Shown here: positions 11,899 through 23,274 of the stretch, in pieces
Position numbering within the stretch: position 1 is the first letter of the stretch
Layout of the letters: each line of letters opens with the position of its first letter
DNA from: Gonapodya sp. JEL0774
Taxonomy: Eukaryota
DNA: 32,540 nt
NCBI GenBank assembly: GCA_027604505.1
Contig: JADIIX010000193.1
Location: forward strand, 1 to 32,540
Direction of reading: 5' to 3'
Made by a program: the position numbers and the translations under genes
The notes under the pieces: model-generated
What the model was told of the DNA's origin: nothing
Databases searched by the model: none
The model's input: only the letters and a program-made list of their open reading frames with translations

Positions 11899-14800
11899 AT
11901 GTTGAAGAGCAAGTCCTTCGCAAAAAGGGATCGCAAGGGCAACGTGGTGACCGTTGTTCGAGAGCATTGTAGGTCTTCGGGAAGCTGATACCACAATGAT
12001 GTGCGAGTGTTCACCAATCACACAGACCTCCGGGACGATATTTGGTGCTCTATCCAAGGATGCCGAAAATGCCAGCATACTGATCCCGTGCTCGCAAACC
12101 CTCCATCTATGAGAAGCCCGTTGGTTCCAGGACCTCATTACTTGGTAGCAGACACCAACGTACTCTATCACCAGGTGAAGTACCACTTATCGAATGAATT
12201 TGCAGACTGTTGCTCGAGAACCAATCACTGTCGGTAATAGATTGACGTCGTTGAGCACACTGCCTTCAGGGATTTGATTATTCCGCAGACTGTTCTGCAG
12301 GAGCTTCGACATCGGAGTGTGCCTATTTATAACCGCCTTCGTTCTCTCATGAACGATCCTGGTCGACGGATGTATTTGTTTTCGAATGAGCACCACAGGT
12401 TTGTTTCTATTGATTGCTCAGTTCACCGTGTCTTGTCCGCACTGGAACCAGTGTGCACCGTCAGGGAGACGTACGTGGACAGGGAAAAGGATGAGTCTGA
12501 AAATGACAGAAACGACCGTGGTGAGCCGGAACTTCTGATTTGGAACGTTTACTTGGTCTCAACCATCGTGCTGCTTCAAGCGATTCGGGGAGTCACAGCT
12601 TGGTATCAATCACATATTCGATTGATCCAGCCATCCGGGCAGTCTTTGAGGGTCGCTCTGCTCACTAATGACGTCGCAAACAAAACGAAAGCAGCTCAGG
12701 AAGGTCTCACCGCTTTCTCTGGTTGGTTTCTGCTCGATTTCTGAATGGATAAGCGCGCCAGAGATCTAACGTTCCAAAAGTCTCGGAGTACGTGGAGTCA
12801 TTGACAGATTTTCCAGATTTGGTGGACATGGTGGCAAATGCTGTTGATGATTCAGAAGCAACCGATCGGACAGCCTTTGAGGATGTGAGTTGAATGAAGC
12901 TAAATTAAGAAATCGTCACTACAATTGGTTGATGTGGCTAATCTTTTGGCTCACTGTCTACCTTTCAGCATCTGACTCCTTTGCAAATATCTGCAGGTCT
13001 CAAGGATGGGTCACTATTGCAGGGTGTTGTGCGCACGCTGTCTCACAACAATCTCGAGGCGACAATATTTGCGGTCGTTGATGGTAAGGAGACAACTGTC
13101 GTGCTCGGAGGCCGGAAGTCCTTGAACAGGGCTTTCGACGGTGACGTCGTTGCTGTGCGCCTCCTTCCGCGGAGTGATTGGAGAGCGACAGTGTCAGAAG
13201 TTGCTATTGATGATAACGACGGTAAGGGATGCCACTGACCGCTCCAGAGAACTCTATTCAGATACTCGGCGTTCTACGACAGATGACGAAACTCTACTGG
13301 AGGAGGACGAATCTAGTATGGTCGTCGACAAGGTCAAAGATGAAGCTACGGCTGCAACCACACCAACAGGAAAAGTGGTGGGGATAATTAAGCGAAACTG
13401 GCGTCCATACTGTGGATCCATAGACCCGGCGACAATAAATCAAATGGCATCAACTACCTCAGCGCAAACACTGTTACTCCACCCAATGGACCGACGAATT
13501 CCTCGAATTCGATTTCGCACGCGACAAGCGAGTTTCCTCGTTCGAAAACGAATAGTAGTTGTTGTGGATTCTTGGAACAAGAATTCACGATATCCTTCGG
13601 GACATTTCGTGAAGGTCCTGGGCGACGTTGGCGACAGGGAAACGGAAACTGATATGCTGTTACTCGAACATGAAGTTCCCTTCACGCCGTTTACACCCCA
13701 AGTACTGAAGTGCCTTCCTCTGGAGGGCGAGGATTACAAAATTCAAGACAGCGAGATTGCGAAGAGACGGGACTTCCGGTCCCTAGACATCTGCAGTATA
13801 GATCCACCAGGTGCGCGATATCCGGGAGGTGGCTGTTGACACGTCAGATCTCCTTAGTCTTCTTCACTAGGGTGCACGGATATCGACGATGCCTTGCACT
13901 GCTTGCAGTTACCGAATGGGAATCTCAGCGTCGGTGTCCGTGAGTGATCGCATTGCGCGAATGATGAATAACTCTTAAAGAACTGTCTTTCAGATATCGC
14001 CGATGTCTCCCATTTTGTGATGGAGGGTAACGCAATGGACACGGAAGCTGCATTGCGAGGTCAGTAGTCAAAATGAGTTCCTTCTGACACCCTGCTTGCA
14101 ATAACCATGATTATCACTCTAGGTACGACAGTCTATCTGGTTGACAAGAGAATTGACATGTTGCCTGCGTTATTGGGAACCAGTGAGTGATAGGAGGCAT
14201 AGTTGCACAGAGGGCTCATAATTTGACTGGGTCACGCCCGAAGACTTGTGCTCTTTGCGCTCAAATGTCGATCGACTCGCATTTTCGTGCATCTGGGTGA
14301 GTTTTTACGATATGTTGTGACTCCTAACTCCCGTAACTTGCCGTTCGCAATTTTGGCCAGGAAATGACCCACGACGCCGAAATTGTGGGCGTTGAGTTTG
14401 CAAAGAGTGTTATACGCTCAAAGGCGTCCTTGACGTATGAAGAAGCTCAGGCACGGATGGACGATAGGTGAGGCGCACTTATCTGAAGGTGGGGCGCAAG
14501 TTCATTGCCGATGTTTCCCCAAAGCCTGCAGACCGATCCTATTACCACTGGCATCCGCAATCTGAACAAGTTGGCCAAAGTACTCCGGTCACGCCGTATT
14601 GAAGGTGGTGCTCTGACACTTGCTTCACCCGAAGTTCGGTTCCGCTTGGAAAGGGATACGAACGACCCAGTGGACGTTGGTGAGGGCCATTGCATCAATT
14701 ACGTACCTGTCTTTTTTGTGGCTGACACGTCATTGGCACTCGGCAGAAATGAAGGAGCTCAAGGAAACAAATGCTCTGGTGGAAGAGTTTATGCTCTTAG

Positions 14801-15912
14801 CCAATATTTCAGTCGCAAAGAAGATTTTTCAACATTTTCCTGACTCCGCGATGCTGCGGTGAGAATTTTCTAAGAACGCAATCCAATTTTTGGCGGTGCT
14901 GTTGAAACGCATATTGTGCACTGCGATGCAGGCGTCACCCCGCCCCTCCATCCTCTAATTTTGATTCACTAAAGAATGCTATCTCAGAATCCTTTGGGTT
15001 TGATCTGGATGCATCTTCTTCTTCATCTTTGGCCCGTTCTTTGGACAGAGCCGTGGTGAGTAATTTATCACCCCATGAATCCACCTATCGTGGAAACCTG
15101 CCGGTAATAGCCACCGCTTAAATCAAGGTTTCTGGAGACCCTTACTTGAATACTCTGCTCCGCGTCCTCACAACCCGATGTATGATGCAAGCTGTCTACT
15201 TTTGCTCTGGCACTATCGCCGAACCGGAGTTCTGGCACTATGGCCTTGCTGCACCCATTTATACCCACTTCACTTCACCTATCCGACGCTACGCTGATGT
15301 CATTGTGCATCGTGAGTTATCCGCTGCTATTGGGTACGGCACATCGGCGGTCGCGACGACTGTATCACAGGCCCTGACAGACAAGTCTCGTATGCGGGAC
15401 CTTTGCGAGAATCTTAATCACCGACATAGGATGGCGCAATTGGCGGGTCGGGGGTCGGTCGAGCTATACACGCAGTTGTTTTTCAAGGGCAAGAGTTTTG
15501 AGGAAGTGGCCTATGTAACGAGAATCCTCAAGAACGGATTCATTGCACTGGTGCCGAGGTGGGTCTTCGTAGAACTCTCGCCATCTACTGCTTATCAAAT
15601 ACTTACTCTTGGGATGAATGAAGCTACGGTATCGAAGGTATCGTATATATCTCCGCTCCAAACTCCACCTCTGCCCTTCTTCGCTACGACGAGCAGGCAA
15701 ATTCGCTCACTTCGCCAGACCTCAATATCACGCTGCGTCTCTTCTCCCGCGTTAAAGTTCGAATTACAGTCGAGGAGAAGGGTGTGGCTGGGCTACGGTC
15801 CAAGCTCACCATGACACTTGTGGAGCCTCATGTGCCGGGATTGGCTCCAGATTATGTGAAGGGAAAGGGTGTGGCGGACAATCAGAGAGGTGTTAAGAGA
15901 AAAACACGTTGA
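11899..15912 (+). CDS. DIS3: Exosome catalytic subunit DIS3/RRP44 (PIN endonuclease + RNB exonuclease + S1), multi-exon
   Basis: N-terminus [39 protein letters not shown] (CR3). PIN motifs [25 protein letters not shown] motifs [15 protein letters not shown] and [21 protein letters not shown]. Stop TGA at 15910-15912. Confidence 0.97.
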
Positions 15913-16329
15913 AAATAGTTTCCACGGCCCTGTGAGCCACTGATTGGGCTGTTTTATGGGAAGCTCAACAATGCATTGATCTGACATTTGCGTTATGGCA
16001 GAATTGTACAGAACATGAGAGAAAAATTATGGCTCTCCAAATGGGATCACATGGCGTCACCGGCAATCACCAGACCGTATTGCGAAGAGACTGTGGTGTC
16101 CGGTACATATTGTAGACCGAGTGAATCCGTCCTCAGAACGAATTAGGACAAAACACACACGGTTGCTCAGACGTCACAAAAAGAGGGCAGATACCAGGTG
16201 GAGCTGCTATTGTAAGCTGTCTCACCCTGCACAAGCACATGGAGGGTTTCTACATCTGAACCCTCCTGAACAGATTCACATTCCATTCTACCATCCGCCC
16301 TCCGTCTGCTTCCTCGCTCTGATCCCTCG

Positions 16330-18205
16330 CTATGTCCATGAGCAACACGAGTTGGTCTTTTTCGCTGTTGTGTAGAACAGTTTGCTCTGTTGCGACAGCA
16401 TGTCGGACCGCGCGACCAGGTCATCGAGCTTTTCACCACGTTGGAGGAGAGATTCCATGGTTTTGTGCTAGGAGAGACGGTGCATGTTGTTTCGGCATGC
16501 TGGAAACTTTGAAACACGTCTCAAGTACAACTCACAAGCACGATTTTGGTCTCGTCGAGTTCTTTTTGAACGCGAAGGAAGGGATCTGTGAAGTTTGCAT
16601 GAGTGAGGACGAAGTTAACGGCATTGTCATGGTCATTGAGACGATGACAACAGTATGGCAAGAATCCCGAGCACGAAGGGTTCAAATCCTACGACCATGG
16701 ATAACCGCAAGCCACAACAAGAGAAAGCAATGACAGTGATATGGCCATCGCAATAGACGGGCTAAAATTCTTCTGCAATGTCCACGCCAACTCTTGCACA
16801 TTTTGGCACACCTCAACCGAACCACCAAGTCCATCGTGTGCTCCACTCTCCGTGTTAACCATCGTGCTAAATTCCTTAAACTTTTCATTCTCTGGATGCG
16901 GGCTTTTAAGTTTGCGCACAATGGTCCAGCATTCTACAGGTACCCGTCAATCCAACACAGCGTCGCGGCCTCACTAACTCCACTACCGATACTCCCTCGC
17001 TTTCAAATGCTCCAGAATAGAAATTTCGTCAAGCAGAACTTGTATTCGAGAAGAACAGAACTTGCCCTCGAGAAGAACGTAAACCAACTCCACGTGTTGT
17101 CGTCCCCCAAAACACACCTGCTGCATGCGGATCCTGAAACTTCTGCACATATCCCTTGAGTTCCGGCCACACCTGCGGTGTCTTACTGGGCTCCAAGGTT
17201 TTCCACTGGCTTTGAGCAAATTTTGCAAGAAACTCGTCCAGCACTTTGCTCAAGATGGAGAACGCGGCACGAAGGGGGTATTCTAGGTCGGTAATGAGAA
17301 TGCCAGTAACACCTTCTGGGCGGGCATGGACGAATGCAACGACTTTCTGGTCTGGGGGAAGAGGGATCCAATAGGGGTGAGCTCATAAACGAAGTCCTCA
17401 TATCGTGGAGGCCGGCTCAGGCACGAAGAGTTCAAGTAAAAACAAGGATGATCCCATTATTCAAAACAGCTCGGGGTGTTGTGGCCTTCCCACAGGCGGA
17501 TGAGAGGCCGGCGCGAGGACGGGTTACAACCCAAACACGATTTCGACCCCTCTTTCTCATTCCATTCTGGTGGAATACTCTGTTTCTGGCGCACCACAAG
17601 AGCATTTTGAGGTGAGGGAGACTTGCTCCTCCCACTCCCCCCTCGAAGCTTGAGAGGAAACTGAATGAGCCGTCCCCTCGGCGCTCCCGCAAAGAGCCAG
17701 TCAGCATTGCCTCACTGATCCAGCCACTCCAACGATCGCCCTCACACCGAACAGACACAACGACGTGTCCAACCCACTCGACAGTTCGAGCTCTCGGGTA
17801 CTCGCGAGCCTATTATGTTGATATGCACTGATGGTCTCCTCCAGACGTTCCTTGCAACTCATACTTGCCCTCATAGGGAACTGTCTGCTGTCCTGGACCA
17901 GAGAAGATCGTTCCCTTGAACTGTACTCGCCTTGTTGCTCAACCTTCTGCCTCTCCCCGGACGCAACACGTTCAGCGAGCGTTCGGGACGTGAATAGAAG
18001 AAATTCCTGAACTCTGAGAGGGCACAGAAAGGTGAACGCCGAGAAGGGATGGGTCATTTCATATCCCACCCGTGCAATGAGTGGTGAAGATTCCAGAAAC
18101 ATACGTTCCGCGCTCAAAGAAGCCAAACGAGGAGAGGTCGAAATCCGAGAGCAAAATATTCGCGGGAGTGCCTTGCTGAACGATTGCAACACCGAGGATC
18201 TTCAT
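16330..18205 (-). CDS. YKT6: Longin R-SNARE Ykt6, 5 exons, 201 aa
   Basis: Exons 18205-18105, 18013-17931, 17351-17118, 16585-16536 and 16467-16330 total 606 nt. Protein: MKILG...[19 protein letters not shown]...[12 protein letters not shown]...[41 protein letters not shown]...[11 protein letters not shown]. Confidence 0.95.
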
Positions 18206-19701
18206 TTGGAGTGTACGATTTGTGAGAAAACGATGCCTATCGACATTTTGCCGCTTCGTGCCCGTCCACGGCGAGCAGACGCAAACTTGACACAAGTCCG
18301 TGTCTTCAGCTTCACTCTATAACAGGCATGGGGAACTGTAGTTTTAAAATCGTGCTTGAACTCTTGCGATCGTCCTATTTGTAACCTGTTTCAAGCAGCA
18401 AGTAAAAGAGTGGACACTGGTATCAATCAAGTAATAAGTAGCTAGCTCATGAAGGGAACAGTAAAATTAAGTGAGGGGTTCAGATCCACGGAGAGCGGGA
18501 GAACAGAAAGATCTATTTGCGGTTAGTTGTCATGCCCTCGTGTGGGAGAGCGTGGCACTGCAACCACAGCAAGTCGGAGTGTGGTTGGAGAATCCGATTG
18601 CCAACAGACCCAAATCATTTCCCAACATATCCCAAGCTATTCTCGAATCTCGTGACATTTCGCTTAAATTGCTCCTCGTTGGCGAAACACCACATGGTAC
18701 GGCCCTGCCATCAACGGCTCCAACCTCTCTCTGATGGTCCTCACACTTCATTAAAAGGCCGGTACTCCCACTATCCGAGCGCGTAATGCTCAACATCAAT
18801 CTCTCGCAAAGAAAGGAAAGGCTCCTTCTGCAGTAGAAGCTAAAAGGGAATCGAGAATCCCTGTTGGACCTTGGACGCTCGCGCTCTTCCTTTTCATTGT
18901 GGTTGGAGGGTAAGGATCTCTGCGTCTGCACGCTCTCCATCAAACACTTCAAGGGTGACCCCATTTTGAGTGTTACTTGAGCAGAGAGAATACGATGGCA
19001 GATTGCCAAGCGGTGTGTAATCGGCGGTGGAACACAAGTGTCGAAGTAAGCTCTAATAGCTTGGTGTGGATTGCTTTGGACTTGCACCATCTTTCATCTT
19101 GGATGGCACGAGTGATGACCGTCTGATGAAGATCTCAAACGCATCAAGAACGAGTTGAATCATCCACGCCCCCTGCCCCCCACCAATACATTCCGCTTTC
19201 CTCACTTGCTCTAATACATTTCGCTCTCCTCGCTTGCTCTTCAGTGTACTCTTTGAAATGGTTTCACGACTCTACAAGATTGCTTGAAGTCCTCCATCTC
19301 CGTCCAATATTTAGCTATCTTCTCTCTGTCTCTCTTTCCTTCCTTCAACTGTCTGCGAGGTATTGAGGGCCCATATCGGATCCGTGACAGATTGGTGCCT
19401 GCGATGAGTACAGCATTTATAGAGTGCCCGCGGAACGCGGAACTACGACAACTTGCACTTTTGTACGGCATAGAACACTAATCGGATTCTGTGGACGTCG
19501 AAAGAAAAGAGGGAAATGTTGTACGACAGGATAACTTGTAAACCCGCTGTTTAACGGGGCGATGAAGGAATGCACGCTTTCCATTTGTGTATTACCATTG
19601 AGATTATTGGATCGTGCTGTGTGTAACAGCCGGTGATATGACACCTGCCCCCACTCATCAAGCATCCCCCCTGACCCCACATCACAATCACGCACAATCA
19701 A

Positions 19702-20504
19702 ATGCCCACTGCCCCTCCCGTCAAGATCGATGTTGTGTACTGGTCTGTTGCCGACCGTCAAGATTGCCGTTCCCCTCGAGATCGTTTGCCTCAGACAAGC
19801 TGACCCAGTTTGCACCGTTACTTCATAACTGTCACCCCTCGTCCACTCTCATATCTTGCAAACTCCGTTGATTGTCGTAGTGGTGCCTGAGGGTATGTAC
19901 AACTCTTGCAACCTCATTCCCTTGGGAACCAAAGGACTTACTGTGTCGTTGCCCGATTCGCCTGCCGGTTGCCATCACATTCACTTCCACTTGCCAATCT
20001 CGAACGTTAAGCTACGGGAAACGGTACGTCCGCACTGCTATAGCCTGACCTGTTCAGAACTCTTGAACTCGCACCCTTCACATCCCAAATGTGTACAACC
20101 TTCATGAAACACGATCAGCTATGCTCAATTTGCACGTGAGCTGAAAGCCCAATTTGGCGACCAAGTCCTCATTGTGGGTATCACAGCCGGAGCTTGCGTT
20201 TCACTGCGAGTCTACAACACTGCTTGCCGATGAAATCCCAAATGTGCTCCTGACTCCTCATTGACACAGGTCGGGACAGCTACCTCCAACGTCTCAGGAA
20301 AGTTTGAAGTCCAAGTGAATGGAATGATGGTGCATACTAAGGTTGGAGGAGGGGGTTTTGTCGATGGTGAGTGTAAACTGTTGGGAGAGGCAGTTGTCGC
20401 CAGAGATTACTGAACACACGTCACCACTTCTGGATCTGGCAGATGAAGCCAAGTTTGAAAGGATTGTCAATGCCATTAATGCTGTGCTGGGGACTACCAA
20501 CTGA
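19702..20504 (+). CDS. SELENOW: Selenoprotein W (SELENOW/Rdx family, CxxU), in-frame TGA at 19888-19890 read as Sec; 6 exons, 92 aa
   Basis: Exons 19702-19742, 19881-19892, 20012-20023, 20119-20173, 20270-20366 and 20443-20504 (279 nt, all GT-AG, in phase) give MPTAPPVKIDVVYCGAUGYGKRYAQFARELKAQFGDQVLIVGTATSNVSGKFEVQVNGMMVHTKVGGGGFVDDEAKFERIVNAINAVLGTTN*. This aligns by eye along its whole length with animal SelW (VVYCGAUGY...G.FEV.V.G...H.K..G.G.VD...KF...V.AI.A.L). Confidence 0.92.
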
Positions 20505-20562
20505 AGCACAGCTGTCGTTCAGGACTCCATGTGTCTTGTCCAGCACACCCCCACTCTTCTTT

Positions 20563-20699
20563 CTCAAGTCCAATGCATGAAGACATCAATCAGGAAAATT
20601 ATGCTGTTTTTTTGTGAGCTCTCCCTACTTCTTTGTAGGGTGCCTGCAAACAACCAGCCTGGTATGATGGTTCTGATAGTAAACAATGGAGACTCTGAG
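20563..20699 (+). promoter_or_regulatory. Candidate SECIS element in the SELENOW 3' UTR
   Basis: ATGAA at 20577-81; helix II GACATCAATCAGG (20582-94) pairs with CCTGGT(A)TGATG(GT)TC (20658-73); unpaired AAAA at 20595-98; TGAT at 20674-77; helix I CTCAAGTC (20563-70) pairs with GACT(C)TGAG (20691-99). Paired by eye. Confidence 0.65.
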
Positions 20700-20827
20700 T
20701 AGATCATAAAGTGGGGCAGAGCATGGATTTGAGATATAATGAATGCATAATTATCCTTGCAAGAGTTTTGTGGCTCAAGAACTCTCAAAGTCTCAATTCT
20801 AGGGACAAATATCTGTATTCAGTTTCC

Positions 20828-21006
20828 TGCTATGACAGCTCATCTGGGCGTGGTCGGGCAGAGGTTCTGTGATGGGATGGGTCGGAACAGATGGGAATCG
20901 GTGCCGGGAGTCCAAGATGTAATCTCCTTGATGAGTGGTGTGCCGATCAAGTAACCACCGTACAAATATATATCTACACTAAATCCGTAGCGCTCGTCAT
21001 ACAACA
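20828..21006 (-). repeat. 3' LTR of the Gypsy element (about 179 bp)
   Basis: On the minus strand, polypurine tract GAAGAAGAGGGGGGAG (21022-21007) is followed directly by TGTTGTATGAC. The other end reads GTCATAGCA, giving TG...CA ends with short imperfect inverted termini. Confidence 0.65.
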
Positions 21007-23120
21007 CTCCCCCCTCTTCTTCAAGAGCGAGTCCCACTCAAGCAAAGTGGAACTACATATGAAATAGTGCGCAGCGTCACTCCAGCAGGCCTTGCGCTTG
21101 CAAAAGTTTGTGGTGCTTCTCAAATGCCTTCTTCTGGGCACGGCGGGTGAGAACCTTGCCGTTAGGTGCTGGGTGCTTCTGTTTGCATGTGTCAATGAGC
21201 TCATCTGCAGAGATGAGACTTTCGGGCTGCCACTCAGGGGTTGTGTACCCTCAAAACTTGATTCGGTGTCAGGTTCCACCATCTTGTCAAGGATAGCCTT
21301 GACAACATAGGTTGGCTGGAAGTCTGGTCCCAGCTCTTCTTGGGTAATATCACTCTGTGCAATCTCAGGTGAAACAGGTTGGGCCAACTCAGCTGTAGTG
21401 TGAGGAGGCAATGCAGCCGTCCTTTTAGGATTAGGCACGTAATGGGTGATCCATGGCTGGTAATGGCACATTTGACTCATTTGTGTTCTAATCATGTGCT
21501 CAGTGCTGATATGGCTGAGCTGGAAGATGTTCTCACTCTCCTTCTCAGTCATGTGATAGGGCCCAATCCACTTAGATATGAGCTTAGTGCCCTCCCCTGT
21601 GGGACGGGACTCTTTGTAGCACAACATCACCAGCTGGTTCACATCAAATGGGGTGGTCACAGCTGCAAGAGCACCGAGCTTAACAGATGTCACAGGGTGG
21701 GGCTTTAAGACAACTGTGCCTGTCCAGCGACAACAGGTGACAATATCCTGGGCAGCACACATGGCACCATGAAAGCCTTCTATTGTAATATCCTTGTTGA
21801 GGACAAGATCAATGTTGTGGCAGTGTGTGTTGCCAGTTTCAATATGCACAGAGGTCTTAGTGCCAAGCTTGCCGTCATCAGCTTTGAAGGCAATCCATCC
21901 TTCATCGTAGTCAATTACGGCATGCCAGATTCGAAGGAAGTCCACACCCAAGAGGATTGGATAGGGAATGTTTTTGATAACCACGAGGCAAAGTGCGTGT
22001 TGAACACTGGCAAGAGTGATGGGTAATAAGACTTGCCCAAGTGGAGCGGTGATAGCACTGTTTCCTACAGTGATTGGCTGCAGATTCCAGGGCTCAAGTG
22101 GCATCATGGAGAAGTATTGACGGTAAAAATTACCACTGACTGCTGACAGGGCAGCACCAGAGTCTTGGATGATGTCCATCTGTGGAAGTGTACCCACCGT
22201 ACCTTTAATAGTTGCAGCTATCCTGATATTAGCATAATCAGGAGGATTTCCATTACCATGAAGTTCGACAAGCATGCAATTAATTTCTTGGTGTGATTGA
22301 GAGTAATCAACACGCTGCTTCCTGGGGGGAGGAAGGGCACTTCGGGGGACTGTGTTGCTAGTGACAATATTAACCTCTGGTGGTGATGGAGCTTGTTGTA
22401 TGACCACTGAGTCGACATGTGGGACGTAGTGTAGTGTAGATATATTTTTGTATGACACGTTCACATAGCAGTCCGACAGGACTGGACACACAGAATACAT
22501 ATACACTCGGGACCTGATTCTCGTCCCACACCCCCGTCATTCCATAGGCTGAGAAAGGGGTCGCAACAGAAAGCTTGCTGTGGAAGGGACCACATTGGAA
22601 AAGCGACCCTTGCAGCCACGGTCCAGTGAAGGGTTTGCTGCACCCTTCACCAGGCAGTGAGTGCCTCGAGGCAATCCCACAACAACATGTGCGCTGATGT
22701 TGAGCCCAGGCCGTGAACCACTTAACAGTTGTACAGCAGAAAACTGCTGCATAACCTAAGGGTTACTCTGACCACTAAACCTCTCGAACAAGTTGCTGGT
22801 CTACGCCATGCAGTACTTGGTGGGTGAGCATTGCCGCCAGGGCCATGTTAGTGGATATTCTGGAATGGAGTATAAGGCCAGATCTGGTGTGCATCATTCT
22901 GCAAGGCCTAATATCAGCTCAAATGTCAAATGTTTTCCCTCCTTGAATGCCACTCATTTAATTGATTTGGACACAATGTCTGCAAGTCTTCCTTAGAGTC
23001 TGGGTTTGTGGATGTGCAGATCAGTGCCTCCACCAATATCCACAAGTTCCTGGGCAAAAGGCCAACAACTTTTTTGCATTCATGCATCCTTCCTGTACTA
23101 TAAGTAATCTGACTCTGCCT
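20828..23120 (-). mobile_element. Ty3/Gypsy (chromovirus-like) LTR retrotransposon remnant, internally deleted; 5' boundary approximate
   Basis: ORF 20974..22506 has an aspartic protease (IQDSGAALSAV...ILLGVDFL) and a GPY/F motif (KLISKWIGPY). A frameshifted chromodomain follows (YVVKAILD...IKF*GYTTPEWQPESL), then the PPT and LTR. No RT, RNase H or integrase core is present. Confidence 0.85.
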
Positions 23121-23274
23121 CAAGTATGTTGAGTTGCAAGAGTAAATTACAAAAAAAGAATAGCGACAGCTAGTTTGGATCTACCGACTTCCGGGTTATG
23201 ACACACTGTGTGGTCAGGTGAGCAAGAGCTCATTTGAAAAAGGAAAACATATAGCAACGGGTAGTTTCACTCTA

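Noticed and set aside
16682..17758. Short ORFs inside the YKT6 introns as nested genes
   Set aside because: Short, with no recognisable motifs or supporting splice structure.
18530..19471. Minus-strand ORFs of 186 aa and 76 aa between YKT6 and SELENOW
   Set aside because: No recognisable domain and no consistent exon chain; treated as divergent intergenic sequence, though an orphan gene cannot be excluded.
18206..19701. tRNA-Sec or another tRNA near the selenoprotein gene
   Set aside because: No cloverleaf around the TTCAA-like candidates examined by eye.
20695..20875. Alternative SECIS candidates (CTGAG...AAA...AGAT at 20695-20735; ATGAC...TGAT at 20832-20873)
   Set aside because: The first has a short helix II and no helix I. 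The second lacks apical adenosines and lies within the LTR.
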